This document shows, piece after piece, positions 58,555-64,000 of a stretch of 64,000 nt of DNA. Each line of letters opens with the position of its first letter. Positions within the stretch are counted from its first letter, which is position 1. Under the pieces are notes generated by a model, which saw only the letters and a list, made by a program, of their open reading frames with translations, did no database searches and was not told the origin of the DNA. Source of the stretch: a virus. The stretch is taken from IMG/VR virus record IMGVR_UViG_3300020185_000011; one strand, given 5' to 3'. The position numbers and the translations under genes are program-made.

Positions 58555-59899
58555 ATCTTTTACAAGGAAGGTAATACCATTCCTTAAGGAAGAGTATTTC
58601 TCCGAGTCGGACGAGAAGACTGTGTTCAACGAAGTAGTTTCATACTTCGATAAGTACACTAAACCACCTACAGTGGAAGCACTTCTCATAAATCTTGATA
58701 ACAATACGTCTCTTAATGACGGACAGTTATCGAACGCAAAAACTATTGTAGATAGTATTAGTAAGGACAGTGAAGAGACTCCAACCGAATGGTTGGTAGA
58801 AGAAACTGAGAAATGGTGTCAAGATAGAGCAATCTATATTGCAGTCATGGACAGTATCGAAGTCATCGACAAAAAGTCCCAACGTTCGACTGGAGAAATA
58901 CCCGACCTTTTAAAAGAAGCTTTATCTGTATCGTTTGACACTAACATTGGTCACGATTTCATTGAAAACTCAGATGATAGATTCGAATTCTACCACACTG
59001 AAGAAGAAAAACTTCCATTTGACTTGGAATACTTCAACAAGGTTACCAAAGGTGGTCTTCCAAACAAAACTCTAAACATATGTCTTGCTGGTACTGGTGT
59101 TGGTAAGTCATTGTTTATGTGTCACATGGCATCAGCCAACTTGATGATGAACAAGAACGTACTTTATATTACACTTGAAATGTCAGAAGAAAGGATTGCA
59201 GAGAGGATAGATTCGAACACATTGAATATCCCTATGAAAGACTTACCCGACTTATCTAAGAATCAATTTGATAAGAAGATTGACAAAATCAAAGAGAAGA
59301 CCAAAGGTAAACTTATTGTCAAAGAATATCCTACTGCATCAGCACATGTTGGTCACTTCCGACATCTATTACAAGAACTGAACATTAAGAAAGATTTCAA
59401 ACCCGATATGATTTATATCGACTATCTAAATATATGTTCAAGTGCAAGAGTCAAGCCAGGTAGTGGTGCAAACTCATATACACTAGTAAAGAGTATTGCA
59501 GAGGAACTTAGAGGACTTGCAGTAGAGTTTGATGTACCAATCATGAGTGCAACACAAACAACAAGAAGTGGATATGGTTCTACAGATGTAGAACTTACTG
59601 ATACTTCAGAATCATTTGGTTTACCAGCGACTGCAGACTTTATGTTTGCATTGATTACCAGTGATGAATTAGAAGAGTTAGACCAAATGGTGGTCAAACA
59701 ATTAAAGAACAGATACAATGACCCAACCGTATTCAAAAGGTTTGTTATTGGTGTCGACAGAAGTAGAATGAAACTCTACGACTGTGAACAAGAAGCACAA
59801 GAAGAACTGATAGACTCAGCCGTCGATGATTCAGTACCAGTGTTTGATAGAGGAAGAAATGATGGACAGAAACGAGACTTTTCAGAATTCAAGGTCTGA
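58502..59899 (+). CDS. gp41: Replicative helicase
   Basis: [31 protein letters not shown]. Confidence 0.95.
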   Translation: MEQVRLEQTILKNLVQSESFTRKVIPFLKEEYFSESDEKTVFNEVVSYFDKYTKPPTVEALLINLDNNTSLNDGQLSNAKTIVDSISKDSEETPTEWLVEETEKWCQDRAIYIAVMDSIEVIDKKSQRSTGEIPDLLKEALSVSFDTNIGHDFIENSDDRFEFYHTEEEKLPFDLEYFNKVTKGGLPNKTLNICLAGTGVGKSLFMCHMASANLMMNKNVLYITLEMSEERIAERIDSNTLNIPMKDLPDLSKNQFDKKIDKIKEKTKGKLIVKEYPTASAHVGHFRHLLQELNIKKDFKPDMIYIDYLNICSSARVKPGSGANSYTLVKSIAEELRGLAVEFDVPIMSATQTTRSGYGSTDVELTDTSESFGLPATADFMFALITSDELEELDQMVVKQLKNRYNDPTVFKRFVIGVDRSRMKLYDCEQEAQEELIDSAVDDSVPVFDRGRNDGQKRDFSEFKV

Positions 59900-60614
59900 T
59901 GATTTGTTATGGGGTAGTCCTGTAACTGCAATAGAACTTGACCCAACACCAATTGATGAGTGGTTTAAAGATAAAGATTTAGATAAACTATGTGCAGAGG
60001 AGTTTACATTCAGTAATTGTAAAACTTCAAATAATATAGATGCAAATCTTGAAATTGACTATGCACCAGTATTGGATTTAGTATATGACGAGTTCCAACA
60101 GTTCTTAGATTTGCTTGGGCCCAAGTGTGTCATTACCAGTAACTTCGAAGTACCTTGGATTAATGTATATGAAGAGGGTGGATTTCAAGATTCCCATGAC
60201 CATCAAGGTGATAGGTATAGTGACTTCTCATGGTGTTATGTACATGAAACTGGGAACTCTCATATTGTATTTAAAAATAGATATGCAACCAATAGTGATG
60301 CATGTCTAAAGAATTTACTTGCAGCTTATGAAGCCCATCAAGTCTATGTACCACAAATTAAAGATAAAGGGACATTGTATATCTTCCCTTCAACAATTTT
60401 TCATGCAGTATCACCCAACAAGTGTGCTGAACCTAGAATCACATTGTCGGGTAACATTAAACTTACACCCGATGTGACTTCAGAAGGATTAGTAAGGACT
60501 GAACTTATCGAAGAGGATTCACTTAAGGACATATCTCGTAACAATCTCAAATCAAGACCAAGGTTAGATATGACCCCAAGGAAAAGCCCGTTGACAAAAC
60601 CTAGGATATTGTAG
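59859..60614 (+). CDS. 2OG-Fe(II) oxygenase (TIGR02466-like)
   Basis: WINVY, QDSHDH, IFPSTIFHAV, RITLSGN. Confidence 0.8.
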   Translation: MMDRNETFQNSRSDDLLWGSPVTAIELDPTPIDEWFKDKDLDKLCAEEFTFSNCKTSNNIDANLEIDYAPVLDLVYDEFQQFLDLLGPKCVITSNFEVPWINVYEEGGFQDSHDHQGDRYSDFSWCYVHETGNSHIVFKNRYATNSDACLKNLLAAYEAHQVYVPQIKDKGTLYIFPSTIFHAVSPNKCAEPRITLSGNIKLTPDVTSEGLVRTELIEEDSLKDISRNNLKSRPRLDMTPRKSPLTKPRIL

Positions 60615-60645
60615 TATAATAAGACTATAGATTATGAGAGGTCTT

Positions 60646-62160
60646 ATGAAAAAATTAATTACTATACCAGTACTAGCATGTTTAGTTGGTTGTGGTGGTG
60701 GTGGAACATCATCCCCCGAACTCCAACAATTGCAGTCTTTATCAACCCCACCAGTTTCATCATCCCCGATTTACGGAACCAAAGTAATCGATGGATATGT
60801 AGAGGGAGCCAACGTGTTTGTTGATTTCAATTTCAACTTAACACAGGATGATGGTGAACCCTCGGGCGTATGGAATGCTGATACCAATGAGTACGAGTTC
60901 CAAGTATCAGACTTTAGTGCAATAAGCAACTTCACCACTGCATGTGGATTATCCCGCCCGAGGGTTGCACAAGTTCCAATAGGTGCATATGACTCAACAA
61001 GAGGATATGTAGAAAGTGCATACACCATGTTGTATTTCCCACATGGAGATAGTACATACAAAGCAAATGTGACACCATTCACTACCATGTTACTTACTGC
61101 AATCAATTCACAATTGAATACTGATATATCAGTTGCAGATGGTTGTGGTTCTACTGCAAACGATGTTGCATATTCACTTCAAGGGTCAGTAGACACATTC
61201 CTCTATAATCTAGAATCAAATTTCAATATCAGTAGATACTATTTCTATGATGATTTCATAGCTTCGGGAGACACCACACAACAAGCCATAGGTGAAAAGG
61301 TTGTAGACTTTCTTACTACACTACACACGGTTGAGACCGTTCTCAAAGAACAATACAATATGGGATTCAGAGGTATCTTAAATGAAGATATCATCACAAA
61401 GATTTTAAACAACGAGACTTTTACAGACGTAACATTCGACTTGCAGAATGAAACCGTAGGAGAACAACAAGACGAATGGTTCTCCTATAGGAGAATGCAC
61501 AACTTCAATGAAGTAAGAGGCAATTCCCAAGGACAAATTTTAGATGTCGACGGCAATCCAATTACAATCACAGTTGCAAATCTTGAAGCCAATGCTTCAG
61601 TAATCATATCAGAAAACTATCATGAAAACAAAGAGAGTGAAACTATTGTCAGTGGACATAGGATACACATATCTATAGAACAACAAAAAGAGGTGGATGG
61701 TTACAACTATGAGAAAACCTTTGTAAGATTTGTAGGTGATAGTTCACTTGAACTTGCTGTCAGAGACGGATGGAGAAGTGTTGTTCATAGTGGTGGGAGT
61801 GGTTCAACAAGTGACTTTGAATTTAGAATACATTCCGTTGATGCCAATCCATACTTTGATGAAAATATAGTCAATCTTATGGCAAACAGAAATCCAACAG
61901 AATTGGTTCAGTTATATACAGATATCACTGAGATTGATATGACCATGAGTGGGTCACAAAGTAACCTATACTTACTGTACGATAACGATTTCCATATTTA
62001 CGAAGGTGGTAACTCACAAATCAATCTGTGGCAGTTTAGACAACAGATGAGAGGTGGTTCCCTTATAGAAGAATGTAAATCTTGGGATTGGGATACAAGA
62101 GAAGAACTAGAATTTACTAGTGGGACGGAAGCGTACAATAGGTGTTCGTCAATGCTATAA
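60646..62160 (+). CDS. Large lipoprotein
   Basis: MKK signal, lipobox LVGC followed by GGGG; VIDGYVEGANVFVD; promoter TTGACA 60591 -N18- TATAAT 60615. Confidence 0.75.
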   Translation: MKKLITIPVLACLVGCGGGGTSSPELQQLQSLSTPPVSSSPIYGTKVIDGYVEGANVFVDFNFNLTQDDGEPSGVWNADTNEYEFQVSDFSAISNFTTACGLSRPRVAQVPIGAYDSTRGYVESAYTMLYFPHGDSTYKANVTPFTTMLLTAINSQLNTDISVADGCGSTANDVAYSLQGSVDTFLYNLESNFNISRYYFYDDFIASGDTTQQAIGEKVVDFLTTLHTVETVLKEQYNMGFRGILNEDIITKILNNETFTDVTFDLQNETVGEQQDEWFSYRRMHNFNEVRGNSQGQILDVDGNPITITVANLEANASVIISENYHENKESETIVSGHRIHISIEQQKEVDGYNYEKTFVRFVGDSSLELAVRDGWRSVVHSGGSGSTSDFEFRIHSVDANPYFDENIVNLMANRNPTELVQLYTDITEIDMTMSGSQSNLYLLYDNDFHIYEGGNSQINLWQFRQQMRGGSLIEECKSWDWDTREELEFTSGTEAYNRCSSML

Positions 62161-62174
62161 ATACATATGATATT

Positions 62175-62351
62175 ATGACTACTAACTTGAAATCCTCAGA
62201 TGTGATTAGTGCAATTGAAGAAAAGATTGCGTTAAAAAAGAAACTTCGTGAAGCTAAGAAAGCTTCAGACGATTCTGCAACTAAGAAAATATCAAAGAAA
62301 ATCGATAAAATCGAGGATAAACTACACTCCACACCGCTCTCTAAAACATAA
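62175..62351 (+). CDS. Small basic hypothetical protein
   Basis: Follows TATAAATA at 62156. Confidence 0.5.
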   Translation: MTTNLKSSDVISAIEEKIALKKKLREAKKASDDSATKKISKKIDKIEDKLHSTPLSKT

Positions 62352-62381
62352 ATAATTCTGTAAATACATACGGAGATATAA

Positions 62382-62768
62382 ATGTCAGAACTCACAGACC
62401 TAATTGCTGTTCAACAAGCTACAAAAGCAAAACTAGAGGATAAACTAGATTGGCATAACGGTGTAAACAAAACTTATTTTGTGGGCCAATCCAAATCAGA
62501 AACTTCTCCAGCAGAGTGGACAGGAGCTGGTAGAGCAGGATTCCTACAATGGCATAATGCACAAGGTGTTAACGAAGACGATTTAGACCAACTATTCGTA
62601 GATATGTATGCTGAATATATTGATACTGAAATTGGAGGTGCTAACGCCCTTGAAGTTAATGCAGATTTAGTTACAACAATGCAAGCATCAATCACTTCTT
62701 ATGCAGCCGACATTGCACACCTTCAATCAAGAGTCGATGCTGGTGATACAACTCTAGCAGACAGCTAA
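62382..62768 (+). CDS. Late hypothetical protein
   Basis: Late boxes and GGAG SD upstream. Confidence 0.6.
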   Translation: MSELTDLIAVQQATKAKLEDKLDWHNGVNKTYFVGQSKSETSPAEWTGAGRAGFLQWHNAQGVNEDDLDQLFVDMYAEYIDTEIGGANALEVNADLVTTMQASITSYAADIAHLQSRVDAGDTTLADS

Positions 62769-62819
62769 AAAATACATAAATAGTAGACAAGGACACCAAA
62801 TTGGTGTATAATACCTACT

Positions 62820-64000
62820 ATGAGTGCAAAAAACTTACATTTAGAACATCTAGAAGACGAAATCATCAATCAAGGTATTGATGGTGGTCGTGGTGCAATT
62901 AACTTTCTTCAAGGTCTAAGAGACATGATGAAAGGTCATTCTAACTCTAAAGTTAATATGACTGTTAAGTGGGATGGAGCTCCTGCTATCTTTTGTGGAA
63001 GACATCCCGAGACAAATCAATTCTTTGTTGCAAAGAAATCCCTATTCAATAAGACTCCTTTATTTTATACCTCAGAAGATGAAATAAAGAATAGTCCCGA
63101 CCTAGGTGGCCAACTTAAAGAAAAATTCCTAACCTCATTCAAATACTTATCTAAACTATCTTGGAATACAGTCATGCAAGGTGACTTGATGTACACTAAC
63201 GACAAGAAAACACAGACGATAGATGGTAAGTCGTACATCACTTTCCAACCCAACACAATCCTCTATGCAGTTGATGAAGAATCACAACTTGGTAAAGTAA
63301 TCGCAAACTCTAAGATGGGTATTGTATTTCACACCACATACGAAGGTTCAACTATTGAAGGATTGAGTGCATCATTTGGTGCAAACATATCTAAGTTGGG
63401 AAGTAGCACAGATGTGTGGTTAGATGATGCAACGTATAAAGATGTCAGTGGTAACAGTACAATGACTGCAAAGGAAACGCTTGGATTGACTCAAGAATTG
63501 ACTGCAACAGGTAAAGCATTTCATGGTATCACTAGGAAAGACCTACAGAAGTTTCAAGAAATACAATCAACAATCACAAAGAAGGGTGCTGGTGCATCTT
63601 ATAAGACATACTGCAACTCATTAATCAGACAAGGTAAATTCAATCCAACATTTGACGGATACATTAAACACTTTGACGGTTACTGGAAAGATAAAGTTGT
63701 CGGTGGTGTTAAGACAGAGAAACATAAACTAATCAAAACAGAAATTGGTCAAGACCTTTTAAGAGAGTTGAAAAGTCTTAAAAAGTTTATCACAAATCTT
63801 ACTAGTTTCATGGGTCACTTGGTGTCTGCAAAACAAATCATAATCGTTGCTCTAAATAGAGTAAAGAGCATCGGAACATTCAAGAAAACGGACAAAGGAT
63901 TCGAAGCAGTTAACCCCGAAGGTTATGTTGCAATCGATAGAAGTGGTAAGGCTGTAAAGCTTGTCGACAGAATGGAATTTGCATTTAATAACTTTACAGC
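62820..64000 (+). CDS. Conserved T4-like protein (DUF6267-like) with ligase-type KxDG motif, truncated by the window end
   Basis: Open frame from ATG 62820 to the end: KNLHLEHLED, TVKWDGAPA, QGD, PEGYV, KLVDRMEF. Confidence 0.7.
   Translation, partial: MSAKNLHLEHLEDEIINQGIDGGRGAINFLQGLRDMMKGHSNSKVNMTVKWDGAPAIFCGRHPETNQFFVAKKSLFNKTPLFYTSEDEIKNSPDLGGQLKEKFLTSFKYLSKLSWNTVMQGDLMYTNDKKTQTIDGKSYITFQPNTILYAVDEESQLGKVIANSKMGIVFHTTYEGSTIEGLSASFGANISKLGSSTDVWLDDATYKDVSGNSTMTAKETLGLTQELTATGKAFHGITRKDLQKFQEIQSTITKKGAGASYKTYCNSLIRQGKFNPTFDGYIKHFDGYWKDKVVGGVKTEKHKLIKTEIGQDLLRELKSLKKFITNLTSFMGHLVSAKQIIIVALNRVKSIGTFKKTDKGFEAVNPEGYVAIDRSGKAVKLVDRMEFAFNNFT

Noticed and set aside
10863-59899. Introns, inteins or homing endonucleases in terminase, polymerase, helicase or uvsX
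   Set aside because: All are contiguous and of normal length, with no splicing or endonuclease motifs seen.
6343-63256. Numerous minus-strand ORFs of 60-190 aa in the track
   Set aside because: All lie opposite well-supported plus-strand genes and show no recognisable motifs or expression signals.

Overview
A 64 kb, AT-rich segment of a T4-like myovirus genome, probably aquatic or marine, with a likely proteobacterial host. Essentially all protein genes are on the + strand. In order, the window holds: two Pro-periodic repeat (fibre-like) genes; a glycosyltransferase/chaperone/2OG-Fe(II) oxygenase cluster; the T4 morphogenesis core (gp13-gp23); an antisense structured non-coding element; gp3-like, uvsY, uvsW, gp55, gp47/46 and def; an early vWA + MoxR/CobS-type AAA+ pair; gp45/44/62 and regA; a late curli-type operon (CsgF, CsgG, two curlin-like proteins, FecR, CHASE2 cyclase); hsp20 and peroxiredoxin; a C5-methyltransferase/TET-JBP/ParB-like/P-loop kinase cluster; lysozyme, gp43, iscU, a nuclease, uvsX, gp41 and a lipoprotein. 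The most striking observation is that the two repeat proteins (29..1459 and 1511..2815) are protein-level reverse complements. Each has 55 Pro-delimited units (406 aa); unit lengths match 55/55 when one chain is read backwards, and unit types are complementary in 54/55 pairs. Other highlights are a ~300 nt antisense ncRNA with tandem early and late promoters, restriction-site avoidance that is lifted where a GpC overlaps the site, systematic leaderless genes, and a ROSE-like thermometer before hsp20. All calls come from reading the sequence and ORF track; no database searches or computed counts were run.
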